The notes beneath the pieces are model-generated. The model was not told the DNA's origin. It made no database searches and saw nothing but the letters and a program-made list of their open reading frames with translations. 64,000 nt of DNA from the human T2T-CHM13v2.0 reference genome, Homo sapiens: the NCBI RefSeq assembly GCF_009914755.1, contig NC_060932.1; one strand, 5' to 3'. This document shows positions 13,852 to 26,090 of this stretch, in pieces; the stretch's first letter is position 1, and each line of letters starts with the position of its first letter. Made by a program: the position numbers and the translations under genes.

Positions 13852-14211
13852 TGATATGGTTTGGCTGGGTCCCCACCCAAATCTCAACTTGAATTGTATT
13901 TTCTAGAATTCCCACGTATTGTAGGAGGAACCCAGGGGAAGAGGGGAGGTAAATGAATCACGAGGGCTGGTGTTTCCCATGCTATTCTCATGATAGTGAA
14001 TAAGTTTCATGAGAGCTGATGGGTTTATCAGGGCTTTCCGCTTTTTCTTCTTCCTCATTTTCTCTTGCCCTGCCATGTAAGAAGTATCTTTTGCCTCCCG
14101 CCATGATTCTGAGGCCTCCCCAGCCGTGTGGAACTGTAAGTCCAATTAAACCTCTTTTTCTTCCCAGTCTCAGGTATGTCTTTATCAGTGGCATGAAAGC
14201 AGTTTAATACA
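13852..14211 (+). mobile_element. THE1A solo LTR
   Basis: TGATATGGTTTGGCTG...TAATACA with exact 5-bp TSD CTGCC; THE1A-type TTTCCGCTTTT..CTTCTTCCTCATTTTCTCTTGCC. Confidence 0.95.
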
Positions 14212-14394
14212 CTGCCCTAGACATGCTGCACCACAGGCCATTTTCTGCTCACAGCCTCAGTGTCGGCAACATTCCCCAGGCTTTTCACAGCAGGCGAAGG
14301 GAGCTCAGAGTTGAGTTGGAGGGTTATCCAAGTATGCATTCATTCATTTATTCAGCCATTCAATAATATCTATTAAGATTGCATTGGTCATTTG

Positions 14395-14630
14395 GGGCAG
14401 CTTAGTTCAAAAGCACTGAGCTTTGTAATCAGATCCTTCTTCATTCAAATTCAGGCTCAGCCCCTCTTACTAGCTATAATGCCTGTGTGGAAGTTCCTTA
14501 ATCTTTCTAAGCCTTGGGTAATTGGGGATGATAATGTCTTACCCAGACAATCCTTATGATATTCAAGTGAGACAGGAGTGACAAATTATCTCACACTGGG
14601 CACATATTAATGGCACAGTAAATGAGGCTG
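14395..14630 (+). mobile_element. MIR
   Basis: TTCAAATTCAGGCTCAGCCCCTCTTACTAGCT...AAGTTCCTTAATCTTTCTAAGCCT...GGGGATGATAAT. Confidence 0.75.
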
Positions 14631-14949
14631 GATGTTCTAACTTGATCACATGTAAATTTGCACAGCTTCTTGGTGTAAATACCCTTCAAAACCTGTGTTT
14701 GGGAAACATTGCAGGAGGTGGGAACTGTGCTGAAGCTCAGAATTTTTACTACCAATTATCCCTGGAAGAACACCCTGCATTAGAAAATCTTTCATAGATC
14801 CAAAAGTAGGGCAAGATCCCAAGTCCACAATAGATTAGAAGGAACTGGGGTTAGAGTCCAGCCACAAAACAAACTGAGGGGAGACTCAGGGAGTGATGGG
14901 TTGTTAGAGAATCTCAAAGACCAGAATCTGATGGGGTTGGGGGCATAGA

Positions 14950-15350
14950 AGCTTTTCTGTTTATGCATAACAAACTGCCCCAAAAGTTAGAGGCTTAAAA
15001 TAATAGCTCATTCTTATCCCACTTTCTGTGGATTGCCTTGTCAATTCCTCCAGCCTTGCCTAGGCTTGCACATTCAGCTGGAAGGTCAGAGGTGAGCTGG
15101 ATTCAGCTGGACAAGGGTGGCTGGGCCTCTGTCACCATGTGATCCATCACCCTTAAGAAGTAAGTCAGACCAGGCTTCTCTGTGAAGTAATGGCAACATT
15201 CTAAGAAGGCCAAGTGGAACATGAAAGACCTTCTGAGGCCTGTGTTGCTTCTAACACAACAGAAGAGCAAATGAAAAGGCCACCCAGATTCGAGGGGTGG
15301 GAGACTAGATGCCACCACTCCATGGGAAGAGTTTATGGTTGTGTTTCATC
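14950..15350 (-). mobile_element. Old MLT1 LTR (MLT1J/K-like)
   Basis: GCATAACAAACTGCCCCAAAAGTTAGAGGCTTAAAA...GGCCACCCAGATTCGAGGGGTGGG. Confidence 0.7.
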
Positions 15351-15638
15351 TCCCACGGAGACCAAGAGTATGGATGACATAGAGGAGAAATGAGTCAGGA
15401 GAACAACCTTGCTTGGGGCTGCTGGAGAAAGCATTTGTGTTCACGTGCAAGTGTGTGCAGTTGCTAATCTGACCTTGAACATCTTCCCCAACTCGTTTCC
15501 CCTTCCCCTTGCTCTGGTCACCCACATTTTCCAGCCACCAATGATTATTTGTAGTTCCTCCAGATTGCTCTGTGGCCTGTGTCCCGCTTTGCCTGGAATA
15601 TGACCTGTCCCCTTTCTACCCCTACGTGAATTGGCCAG

Positions 15639-16100
15639 TGTATTAATTTTCCATGGCTTCTTTAATACATTGCCACAAACGTAGTGGCTTAAGACAACAA
15701 AGTTCTCTTACAGTTCTGGGTGCCAGAAGTCCTGGCTCAATTTTAGCCCCATAAAACTGAGTTATGAACAGAGCCATACTCTTTCCAGAGTTTCCAGAGG
15801 AGAGCTCATTCTTCCAGTTTCTGGTGGCTCCAGACACTCCTTTGCTGGTAGCAACATCACTCTGAGTCACTCCAATCTCTGCTCCATTTTTACATCACCT
15901 TGTCTTCTGTCCATATCAAATCTCCTTCTGCCTCTCTCTTATAAGGACACTTGTAATTAGATTTAGGACCCTAGCTAATCAAGGACAATCTCCCCATCTC
16001 TAGATTAACTTAATCACATCTGCAGAGCCTCTTCTTCCACATTCAGCAACATTTACAAGTCCCGAGAATTACGGCCTGGTATTTTGGGAGGCCTACTACC
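15639..16100 (-). mobile_element. MLT1C-like LTR
   Basis: TGTATTAATTTTCCATGGCT...TAGTGGCTTAAGACAACA...CTTATAAGGACACTTGT...TTAACTTAATCACATCTGCA. Confidence 0.85.
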
Positions 16101-16805
16101 CCTGGGTGTCTCAGATATTTATAATGTCTGATTTCATCCCGTCATCTCTGAAATGTCCGCTGGCCACAGCCTGTTCCTTGCCAGCAGGGCTTCTCAACCA
16201 CATACCCCTGATCCCCGCATTTATCAGGTTGGATTATGATTGCTTTTAAACACGTCTTTGTTCAAATTGAGCTCCTGAGAGCACGAATTATGCCGCTCTA
16301 CCTCCACCTCCCCAGTGTCTACAATGGCCCTCAAAGATAGGAGAGGACTTTCAGATGACTGTGACATTGTTGGAGTGGGGTTTGGAGGTGAGGGGTAAGG
16401 GAAACCTCCATTCCTTGCACAAACACATCGCATTTATCCCCCAGCACAAGCCACCAGGGTTTAAGTCAATTCTTACGAATCTGATGTGAGCTCTACAAAT
16501 GCACATTTTTACTGTGTCTGAGATCCATTCTGCTTAAAATATTTAACCAGGGATCCAGAAGGCAACTTCCTAGGTTAAGACCCAGACAAAGAGTTATCCA
16601 GTGTGATTTGGTGTTTGAGCAGCATGTCTCCAGGGTAACTGAAGCCCAGTGTGGAGAGCTGGACCCTGGGGTATTAAAGATTCCAAACTGAGGAATCTGT
16701 ATATAAATGTGCTTCTGCCTTCCTTATACACATTTGGCAAACACACAGATGAGAGGCCTGACCACAGAGTAGCATTGCTGGTTGCTTTGCTTTAACTTAA
16801 CCACA

Positions 16806-17220
16806 CATATTAGTCCACTTGCATTGCTACAGAGGAATACCTGAGGCTGGGTAACTTATAAAGAAGAGAGGTTTAATGGGCTCACAGTTGTGCAGGCTGT
16901 GCAAGAAGCATAGTGATGGCTTCTGCTTCTGGTGAGGCCTCGGAAAGCTTCCACTTATGGTGGAAGGTGAAGGGGGAAGCAGGCACATCACCTGGCAAGA
17001 GAGAGGGAGCAAGAAAAAAAGAAGGGAGGTTCCAGGCTCTTTAAACCACCAGCTCTTGTGAAGTAACAGAACAAAAACTCATGACTTCAAGGAGAGCACC
17101 AAGCTATTCATGAGGGATCCACTCCCATGAACAAAACACCTCTCACCAGGCCCCACCTCCAGCACCAGGGATTCCATTTCAGCATGAGATTTGGAGGGGA
17201 CACATGTCCAAGCTATATCA
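16806..17220 (-). mobile_element. MSTA/B solo LTR
   Basis: TATTAGTCCACTTGCATTGCTACAGAGGAATACCTGAGGCTGGG...GGGGACACATGTCCAAGCTATATCA. Confidence 0.92.
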
Positions 17221-17799
17221 CCGCCACCTAAATTCCTGTTTTGGAGATAGCACTGTATATGTGGAAGCCCATCCCAGGTAGGTTCTCTGCTTGGTTCTCC
17301 TACCATACGCACACCACAAGGGGCAGGGGAACACCATTCCTGCTTCCTAAGGAGCTGACCAGTTACATCAGATTTTCTCAGTATGTTCCTTGAGACTCCC
17401 ACAACAGACTCACCTGGAGGGCTGGCTAACATGCAGACTCCCAAACCATGTAGCTCACAACACTTTGGACTCTCTGAAGGGGTGGGCCCCAGGAAGATGC
17501 ATTTGAACACATTCTTGGGGTATGCTCATGCTCCTTCCAGTCTGTGTCTAGCACAGCAATGCAATGTGATGTTTGCCAAAGAGAGGATCCCTGGGGGGTA
17601 GTTCCATAAAAGGGCTTCTAAAAGGATGCAGTTTTCTGTCAGCTATGAATGCTATCTCTCCCAGGATTCCTCCTTAGACGGTCTTCCCCAGAGAAGCCCT
17701 TTTACTTCAGAATTGCTAACAGGTCTGGTGGCTCTTAGAAGCCCTGATGGTCATTCAGGCCTCAGTAACAAAGGTCAATTGAGAAAAAGATTAGCAATG

Positions 17800-18312
17800 T
17801 GCCCAGACCAGCTCAGTCAGGGAGACCCTAACCCAGTGGCATTGGAGGAATTATAGACACACACACAGAAATATAGAGGTGTGAGGTGGGAAATCAGGGG
17901 TCTCACAGCCTTCAGAGCTGAGAGCCCCAAACAGAGATTTCCCCCCATATTTATTAACAGCAAACCAGTCATTAGCATTGTTTCTATAGATATTAAATTA
18001 ACTAAAAGTATCCCTTATGGGAAACAAAGGGATAGGCCGAATTAAAGGAATAGATTGGGCTAGTTAACTGCAGCAGGAGCATGTCCTTAAGGCACAGATC
18101 ACTCATGCTATTGTTTGTGGCTTAAGACTGCCTTTAATTGGTTTTCCGCTCTGGGCGGGCCAGGTATTCCTTGCCCTCATTCCCATAAACCCACAACCTT
18201 CCAGCGTGGGTGTTAGGGCCATTATGAACATGTTATAGGGCTGCAGAGATTTTGTTTATGACCAGTTTTGGGGCCAGTTTATGGCCAGATTTTGGGGGGC
18301 CTGCTCCCAACA
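17800..18312 (-). mobile_element. MER9 solo LTR (HERV-K HML-3)
   Basis: Minus strand begins TGTTGGGAGCAGGCCCCC..AAATCTGGCCATAAACTGGCCCCAAAAC and ends GGTCTGGGCA; exact 6-bp TSD GCAATG at 17794-17799 and 18313-18318. Confidence 0.92.
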
Positions 18313-18422
18313 GCAATGGGTATGCAGGGTGGAGATGAGGGATACCAGTGAAAGAACACTATTGATGACCAAATATGCAGCTAGCCTTCCCACCATGTCC
18401 TACCCTAGTCTCTTCATCCCTG

Positions 18423-18466
18423 CCCCAATCCCCCAACCCCCCAACCCCCCAACCCCCCAACCCCCA
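18423..18466. repeat. (C4-6AA)n C-rich tract
   Basis: CCCCAATCCCCCAACCCCCCAACCCCCCAACCCCCCAACCCCC. Confidence 0.9.
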
Positions 18467-20019
18467 CACATCAGAGCCCATGTCATCTCTTGCCTGGGAA
18501 TTCACACCAGGTTTGCCCATCTCAAGTAGCCAAAGACTTGTCTCTGAGCCACAGTGGGATACAGGTACTGTTTCCTATTTCTTCTTGTCCCCTGCCCACC
18601 TCAGCCTTCCTGTTGTGCTGGGTACCTGCTGGACTTGGTCTCTGCATCCTCTAATCCTGTTACTTACCTTTTCCTGGGGCAGAGTTGACTGTAGAGGAAA
18701 TTGTGACCAAGGATCCAAGTAGAATGCAGCAGGCCCTGGGGATCCCATCGACTGCTCAGAAGCTTCTCTGGGGCCATTGATTCCTGTAACTTTTAGGAAA
18801 GCTAACTAGCTTACCTGTTAAAAGTGCTGAACAGGGTTCCTGCTTTCAGAAAAGTAGGATTACATAAAGATACATGCATGGGTATGCACACAAGTCTGTT
18901 TCAGGGTTTGCTTGTTTGCCCTGTATCAAGACCTCTGTTACATCCAACCCATTCTCTTTATCTGTACGAACTTGAAAGGATGGCAGTGATCTGCTAAATG
19001 CAAAGAACAATTTGCAGAGTAACTTGTATATAGGCAGCTTCTGTTTCCAAAGACGGAGAAAAACCCACATGCAGGCGATGAGACATGCCCACAGTTTTCT
19101 GAGAAGTAGGATAGGACTCATGGTCCTCACTCACTGCCCGCTTGAAGTAGGTTCTCCGTGGGATTCATCTGATGGCCAAAGCTGCCCAGATGATTGTCAA
19201 AGGCAGGCCATTCTCAGAAATGCTGAACTAGCTGAGCAGCCTCAGTTCTCCGGCTCTCCTGGCAACCTCTGCACAAAATGAGCTGGGACCACAGCCACAC
19301 AGGGCCTGGGTAACCTATGTTGGACACACCTGCTCTGCTGCAGAATCCCATGGCCATCAGTGGTCTGGAAGTCTCAAGAAACCCTCAGCCCTGAAAGAAT
19401 GTGAGGAATCGTGATCAGCGCCCGGGCCTGCCCTGCAAGGGTTTTCTGCAAGCCCTGGATCTGAGCTTCCCAGCAGGTGTTTTCTCTGCTGGCACTCACC
19501 CTTGTTGCCAGAGGTTGCCAAGCTCAGAAGGAGAGGCCAGGGGAGCACAGGTTCACAGTCACACATTTCATTCAAACTCCACTCTCTCCATGTATTCACG
19601 GTGTAACTTTGGGGAAATTATATAACCTCTCTGAGACCATAGGGAGAGGGAGCTCAGAGGCCATTAGCCCCTGTCTTGGCTCTGGAAATGACCATTCCTG
19701 CATAGACAGAGGACTCTGGCCAATGTTCTCCTGCCCTTGAGCTTCCCTTGAGCTTCCCTTGAGGAAGGAGGATAGAAACAGAGCATATTGTTTCTCCCAG
19801 GAGGACATTAAATGCCAAAATGAGAGAAAAGAATCCATCAATAACAACTATCAATAAAAGCTATGGGAGTGTTAGTGCAGTGAAAAACATAGTGGGCAAA
19901 TAGGGCCTCAATGTTATAACCACGACTCTGCTGGAATTCTATGTCTGCCTTGGGGAGGGCTGTCCTCTCAGGCTCTGTTTCCCAAGTGTAAAAAGGTGTT
20001 TGGGTTAAGAGGTGCTTTG

Positions 20020-20055
20020 CTTTCTTTTTTTTCTTTTTTTCTTTTTTTTTTTTTT
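20020..20055. repeat. Poly(T)-rich tract
   Basis: TTTCTTTTTTTTCTTTTTTTCTTTTTTTTTTTTTT. Confidence 0.9.
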
Positions 20056-21489
20056 AAGTCAATACTTTGGTTCAAAGAAAGTCACAGGGAGAAACACATA
20101 AACAAAGCTGGGAGAGAGAAGGAGGGCACCCAGACCTCAGCTGTCAGTCTTCCTTGCTAAGTCACATCACCCCAGAAGGGGCTCAGGGTACACAGTTCAA
20201 AGTCAGTCATGATTCCTTCCAGCTCCTGGCACAGCACCACGTAATCAAAGACTCCAAAGATTAAGCTTATACTCCTTTCCAGTAATTTCTGTAAGCCTGA
20301 GCAAGTCACTTTGTTCATCTCATCTTTGAAATATGTAATGTATGAATTCACTAATGCCATAAAATGCTTACTGTGTATCAGGCCCTGCCTTTCTAATGGT
20401 CAGAGCAGTCAGTGAAATGGCCCTATTACTGCATTCACTTTACAGATGGAGAAACTAGGATTAAATGAACTGAAGTCTGTTTAAGGAATGTAATACATGG
20501 ATACCCTCAACTTCTGCACTCTGCCTAAAATTGAGAAGAAACTGAGACTGAGCTGAAACAAACAGAAGTAGTTTGTTACAGTTCCCACACCTATCCCACA
20601 AATGGAGATACACACATGGATATTTGATATGCTGTGTTTTCATTTTCATTCAGTTTCTATTTTTAAATATCCCTTTTCAGTTATTTTTAGACTCATGGGT
20701 TGTTTAGATTTTTTTTTAGCCTCCAAACATATAAAAATATTCTAGACCTGTTATTGATTTGTAGCTTAATTCTATTGTTTTCAGAATATGACATCTCATT
20801 TTGAATCTTTTACATGACTAGCCAGTCCTGCTCTTCAGGTAAACACAAGACTTCCAAAATTCAGTGTTCAAGACATAATGAGATATCGATACTTAGAGGA
20901 ATTTCTTCCTACCCTCATCCAAACTGTGTTCTCAAGAATAGTCCACCTGACCAAGATGTTTATGTGTTAATATCACCTCAGGGACAACTAATATCAACAT
21001 TACTCTATGGATCACCCCAATGGTTTGCTATCCATGTTCTCTAATTGAACTCAACATCAGGATCTGAAATGATTATAAACAATGAACAATGGCATAACCC
21101 AAAGTTTTCTAACCTGACATAGTGTTAACCTGGCAAAATCACATGGAAGTTGATTCACGGCAACCTGAAAATGCAGATTCCCAGGCCCATCCTACTCCAT
21201 CCCATGAGGCCCATGTCCATCCAGCAGGTCATGGACAGAGCAAATTCATGAGGGTATGGGACAAAGTCTATCAGCTTTAATGGGCAGCTACACATGGAAC
21301 CAGTGACTATATCACTTCTGAAGCTGGGAGGACTGGGTTCAGTCCCAGCTCAGACCTGGATAATCTGGGAGAAGTCAGACTTCTCTTTTGAGTCTGTTTA
21401 TTCTCCTGAAAATGAATAGAATTTATTCCCAATTCTTCTGAAATTGTATATCAACAAAAAGAAGCATGTGCCATATCCGCTGTTTTTGG

Positions 21490-21910
21490 CTCTGCTGTGC
21501 TTGTCTTCAAGGAGCTCAGTCTAGTGAGGAGCCCATATCTGTAATATGTGGATGTATATGTAATCCTGTGTGCAGTGATGGCAATAGACACATGGGCAGG
21601 GTATGCTGAGAGTACAGAGGACAGGGCTCCCAGAGGAGGTGGTGCACGTGCAAACAAGTTGGGCAGGAAGCCAAGGTTGAGAGAGGTGTCCAAGGCACTA
21701 TGAGCAAAGGTGAGGAATAGCTGGGCACCTTTGGCGGCCACTAGGGCTCTGTACAGCTGATGTCAAAGGACAGGGTAGGAAGGATTTGGAGAGGCAAGTG
21801 ACATTCAGACATCAGGCAAGGGAGATGGATTTTAGCCATTTGGGAATGAGAAGCCTTTGAAGGATTGTAAACCAGAGAGTGAAGGGATCAGAGAAATGTC
21901 TTAGAAAGGC
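21490..21910 (-). mobile_element. L2 fragment
   Basis: TCAAGGAGCTCAGTCTAGT...GGATTTTAG..TGGGAATGAGAAGCCTTTGAAGGATTGTAA..CAGAGAGTGA. Confidence 0.65.
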
Positions 21911-22179
21911 AGAGAGATGCTCATAGCCTCTTCACCAGTGTCTCACAGCCAGCTATGGTCCATGTTTAGAACTTCGCTGCCTTCCTGTCCATACTGCTGA
22001 CCTTTCCAGATGCCCTCTCATTCTGAGATCCCATCTAAATGCTCTCCCTGCCCCATGGAGGGCTCAGATCAAGAACTTCACCATTCACCCCACTTCTCAG
22101 TACCTGGGGTTCCACGGACTATCTATGCCCACAGATACATCCCAGGCAAGAGAGAAGAGCTAGGTGGAGACTTGGTTTC

Positions 22180-22541
22180 TGTATTAATCCATTTTCATGC
22201 TACTGATAAAGACATACCTGAGACTGGGCAATTTATACAAGAAAGCGGTTTAGTGGACATGGACTTACAGTTCTACGTGGCTGGGGAGGCCTCACAAGCA
22301 TGGCAGAAGGCAAGGAGGAGCAAGTTGCATCTTACGTGGATGGCAGCAGGCAAAGAGAGAGAGCTTGTGCAGGGAAACTCTGCCTTATAAAGCCATCATA
22401 TCTTGTGAGACTTATTCACTATCACAAAAACAGCACAGGAAAGACCTGCCCCCATGATTCAATTACCTCCCACAGAGTCCCTCCCACAACATGTGGGAAT
22501 TCAAGAGGAAATTTGGGTGGGGACATGGCCAAACCATATCA
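22180..22541 (-). mobile_element. THE1B/C solo LTR
   Basis: TGTATTAATCCATTTTCATGCTACTGATAAAGACATACCTGAGACTGGG...CCAAACCATATCA; TSD GTTTC/GTCTC. Confidence 0.95.
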
Positions 22542-22734
22542 GTCTCCTTCAGTTAGACATCAGTTCTCATAACTGAATGTTCAGAGATTGTTAGTATGTA
22601 ATTATTATGCTAGAATTTGTTTTTTCTGTTTGGAAGAAGATACAAAGTAGGCCATCTGGGTGGTTATCTGTACAGAGGTTAAGGCCCTTCACTTGGTATG
22701 TGCTGTGTAACAAAGCATGAATGCACATCATTGG

Positions 22735-22905
22735 CAGCAGGAAAGGTCTGGGGTCAAATCCTGGCCCTGCCATTTGAAAATTAATCTTGCTTGTACAAGG
22801 TCATATAGTTTACTAATCCTCAATTTGCTCTTCTATAGAATGCAACATCTACCTCATGGAGTTGCTACAAGGATTAAATACATGTCTTAGCACTTATTCC
22901 TGATG
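22735..22905 (+). mobile_element. MIR
   Basis: CTGGGGTCAAATCCTGGCCCTGCCATTT...CTACCTCATGGAGTTGCTACAAGGATTAAAT. Confidence 0.7.
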
Positions 22906-23029
22906 GTAAGGGCAAATAGCTAGAATTTTCTATTAGAAAGTAAAAGATCATAGAGGAAAGAAGATACGACAAAGCATGAACCAAAGAATGATTAAACATC
23001 CCAACAGCAGCATAGTATCTGACAGTATT

Positions 23030-23180
23030 CTCTGGGCCAGTGCTTTGCATTCTTTAATGTGCATACAAATCACATGTTGAGGGATTCTAATTTTATATGG
23101 TCTGGGGTGTAACCCAAGATTCTGTATTTTTAACACTCAGGTGATGCCAATGCTCCTGATCCGTGGACCATACTTTAGCA
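23030..23180. mobile_element. MER5-like hAT relic
   Basis: GGTCTGGGGTGTAACCCAAGATTCTGTATTTTTAAC..CAGGTGATGCCAATGCT...GGACCATACTTT. Confidence 0.65.
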
Positions 23181-24284
23181 AAGGCACTTTAATGAGATAC
23201 AAATGTGATCTGAATACATATTGTAGTTTGAGAGAAGCTCTATACTATATCAAGAAGTTGTGGTCATTAAAGAGAAATCATTTAGGGTGACTCTAAGAGC
23301 TTTGACACTGTTGGCTGTGGAACAACCTCTGGGAATAAGGCATTGACTCAGAAGGTGCAGAGGATGCCACTTTGTGCATGAAACTTTTAGTAGTTCATTG
23401 GAGTAACAGGAAATACAGCTACGGTTTCCTGAGTATTTTCACATGTTACAGTCCTTTGTATTGTTTAATCCTCACTTTAACTCTCAGAGACAGGGACTGT
23501 CATAATTGCCAAGGAAGCCAAGGATTATGAGGTTGGGTCATGGTTTTACAGATAACCCAGTTAGGTTTGAACAGACCTATTGTGTTCAGAGTCCACAGGA
23601 TTGAATATCTTTCCTTCCCAGTTCAGCAATCTGACAACAATGACAGAAGCAGAGGGACCTCCACAGTAGGGAGCAATGGCCAATGACCATGTGCTAGCCT
23701 CAGTCCTGGGAGCTCTGGGTCATCTCTGTCCTGCACTTTTTTTTTTTTTTCATTGCGTACATTGGCTTTGAAGCTGAAAAACTGAGCCTGCTGCATCCTG
23801 GGGTATATGCCGAATCCCTTTCCTCTTTTCTCTCCTTGGTCCATTAGACTTTTCAAGCACCTGCATGTTGGAGCTGGAGGAAAAGTACAGACTCCTATCC
23901 CAGCTCTGTCTGGGGCTATGCAATCCTATGAACTCGGACCTTCTCCAGTGTGTCCTTCAGCACCATGGACAAAGCCGACAGCACCTTTATTTGTTCTCTC
24001 ATCATTTTGGCCCTAACCTACAAGGCTGTTTGAGGGCACATAAACAGCTAAACTCATTTTCTCCCAAACCCTTTAATTATTGTAAAAATAGAAGTCACTC
24101 AGTTATCCAACTCTATAACCATAAATAATGCACATTAATGCACAGGCTAAGAATAGGAGATGGGGGTGCCAGCCGTGAGCAACCAGGATTGGGGTAAGTG
24201 GTATGTATGAAACTTCCAAGAAGTATTTGCCCACACACCATATTATCTATACTTTCAGAGGCAGATGCCGCATGATACACTAAA

Positions 24285-24415
24285 CAGGCTGCTTAAAATA
24301 CCCAGACCAGCAGCGTCAACATCACCTGGCATGAAATTCTGGGGCTGGAGCCCAGCAATCTGTGTGTTAAACAAGTGCTCTAGGTGATTTTGATGCTTTA
24401 GTTAAGAACCATGGT
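24285..24415. mobile_element. MER5A-like hAT relic
   Basis: CCAGACCAGCAGCGTCAACATCACCTGG...GGAGCCCAGCAATCTGTGTGTTAAACAAG..CTAGGTGATTTTGATGC...AAGAACCA. Confidence 0.7.
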
Positions 24416-24527
24416 TTTATTTCAAAACTGACTTCACAGGTGAATAACTTCTTCAGAACTAGAAAATGTCTCAGAGGAAGGAGAAAAAGCCTGTGTTGGC
24501 CAGTGCAGTGATTAAGAGTGGAAGGTG

Positions 24528-24823
<296 letters not shown>

Positions 24824-25562
24824 GTGGAAGGTGGACTGTGTTGGCCAACCAATTCCTTGTGGCCCATGAGTCTTTGTCCTGTTATTGATACTGCCTCCAT
24901 TGTCTGCATTCAGAAAGAATGAGTGGAATACAATGTGCCTGTTGTCCACTCCACACCATCTATTTCACCTGTACCATCACCCAGCAAAGGATAAATCCTC
25001 TAACAGTGTATGGAGCCCACCCATTCACTGTGGAAGTACAGAGGATCTTGGAGGAAAATATTTACTTATCAGACTCACCCACTAATCATGGACCAGATGA
25101 CCTCCCCTGTCTACTTCTGGCTCCAAAACATCTTTGAATCTCAGAATTTCGAGTAGCCTCACACTGAAAAACATCAGAAAGATCCAGGTTCTGATTCAAA
25201 GTCCCTTAGCTCATGGGCTGTTCTCCCTATAGGAGGAGAAGTTATTATCATAGATCACATCTCTCCCCGTAGGGCCTGCAGGAAGACCAGAGGCATCACG
25301 GCAGCTGTTTTGTAAGTAGGCTGCCTGGAGCAGGATCAGACCAGTGGCTGGCCCAAGGTCTCCTGTCTAATTAGAAGGCGAGTGCATGGAGACAATGCCA
25401 CTAGCTACTGCCTCTGCCCTGTCTGTCACACAGCAATGGGATGACCTTTCTAAAGCACAGTTCTTCTGGAAAAGGCCTGACGGAGCGCCTTACTACCTGC
25501 AACCGAAGCCAAGGTTCTCAAGTTCTCCAGACAGTTTCCCACCAGCCTTCCTTGAGCTAAAT

Positions 25563-25739
25563 CAGTGGTTCTCGAGTGAGGGACTGGGACTTTTGCCCTG
25601 CCTCCAAGGATATTTGGCAGTGTATGGAGACACTTTTGATTTTCACAATTTGGTAGAGGCCAAGGAAGCACAGGACAGCCCCCATAGCAAAGAATTATCC
25701 AGCCAAAAATGTCAATACCACTGAGATTGAGAAACCCTG
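25563..25739. mobile_element. MER20 (hAT-Charlie), internally deleted
   Basis: CAGTGGTTCTC...TTTGGCAGTGTATGGAGACACTTTTG...GCACAGGACAGCCCCC..AAAGAATTATCCAGCC..AAATGTCAATA...TTGAGAAACCCTG. Confidence 0.88.
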
Positions 25740-25744
25740 AATTA

Positions 25745-26090
25745 AATTCTGAGCTCAAATGTTGCCTCTTTCAAGAAGCATTCTGTACCTGCATCCTCTT
25801 CTCCAAGGGGACTTAGTTGCCTTTGGGCTTCCATAGAGGTAGCCTAGATAATACAGAGGGCACCTACACTGTTACATTCATTTAATTACAGTTATCTGGT
25901 CACTGTATATTCCCTCTACTAGACCAGGAGGAGGTCTTTCCAGGCAAGAATGAAGACCAGTTCCTTTTTACTGTTTGTAGCCTCAGGTGCAGAGCATGGA
26001 GATTTTTTTATACCAAATAATTAATAGAACTTATCTTCCCATGCAGCATGTAACAACAGTTTGACACACAGTGGATATTCAATAAGTATC
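25745..26090 (+). mobile_element. L2 3' fragments
   Basis: CTGAGCTCAAATGTTGCCTCTTTCAAGAAGC...CCTCTACTAGAC...GACACACAGTGGATATTCAATAAGTAT. Confidence 0.6.

Noticed and set aside
20020-20300. Poly(T) tract as the tail of a minus-strand processed pseudogene
   Set aside because: No AATAAA upstream on the minus strand, no TSD and no recognisable mRNA sequence.
22275-22292. PRDM9 hotspot 13-mer (CCTCCCTNNCCAC) in THE1 LTRs
   Set aside because: All three THE1 copies have C rather than T at position 7 (CCTCCCCAGCCAC here on the minus strand; CCTCCCCAGCCGT at ~14115; CCTCCCCAGCCAT at ~63857), which is the non-hotspot form.
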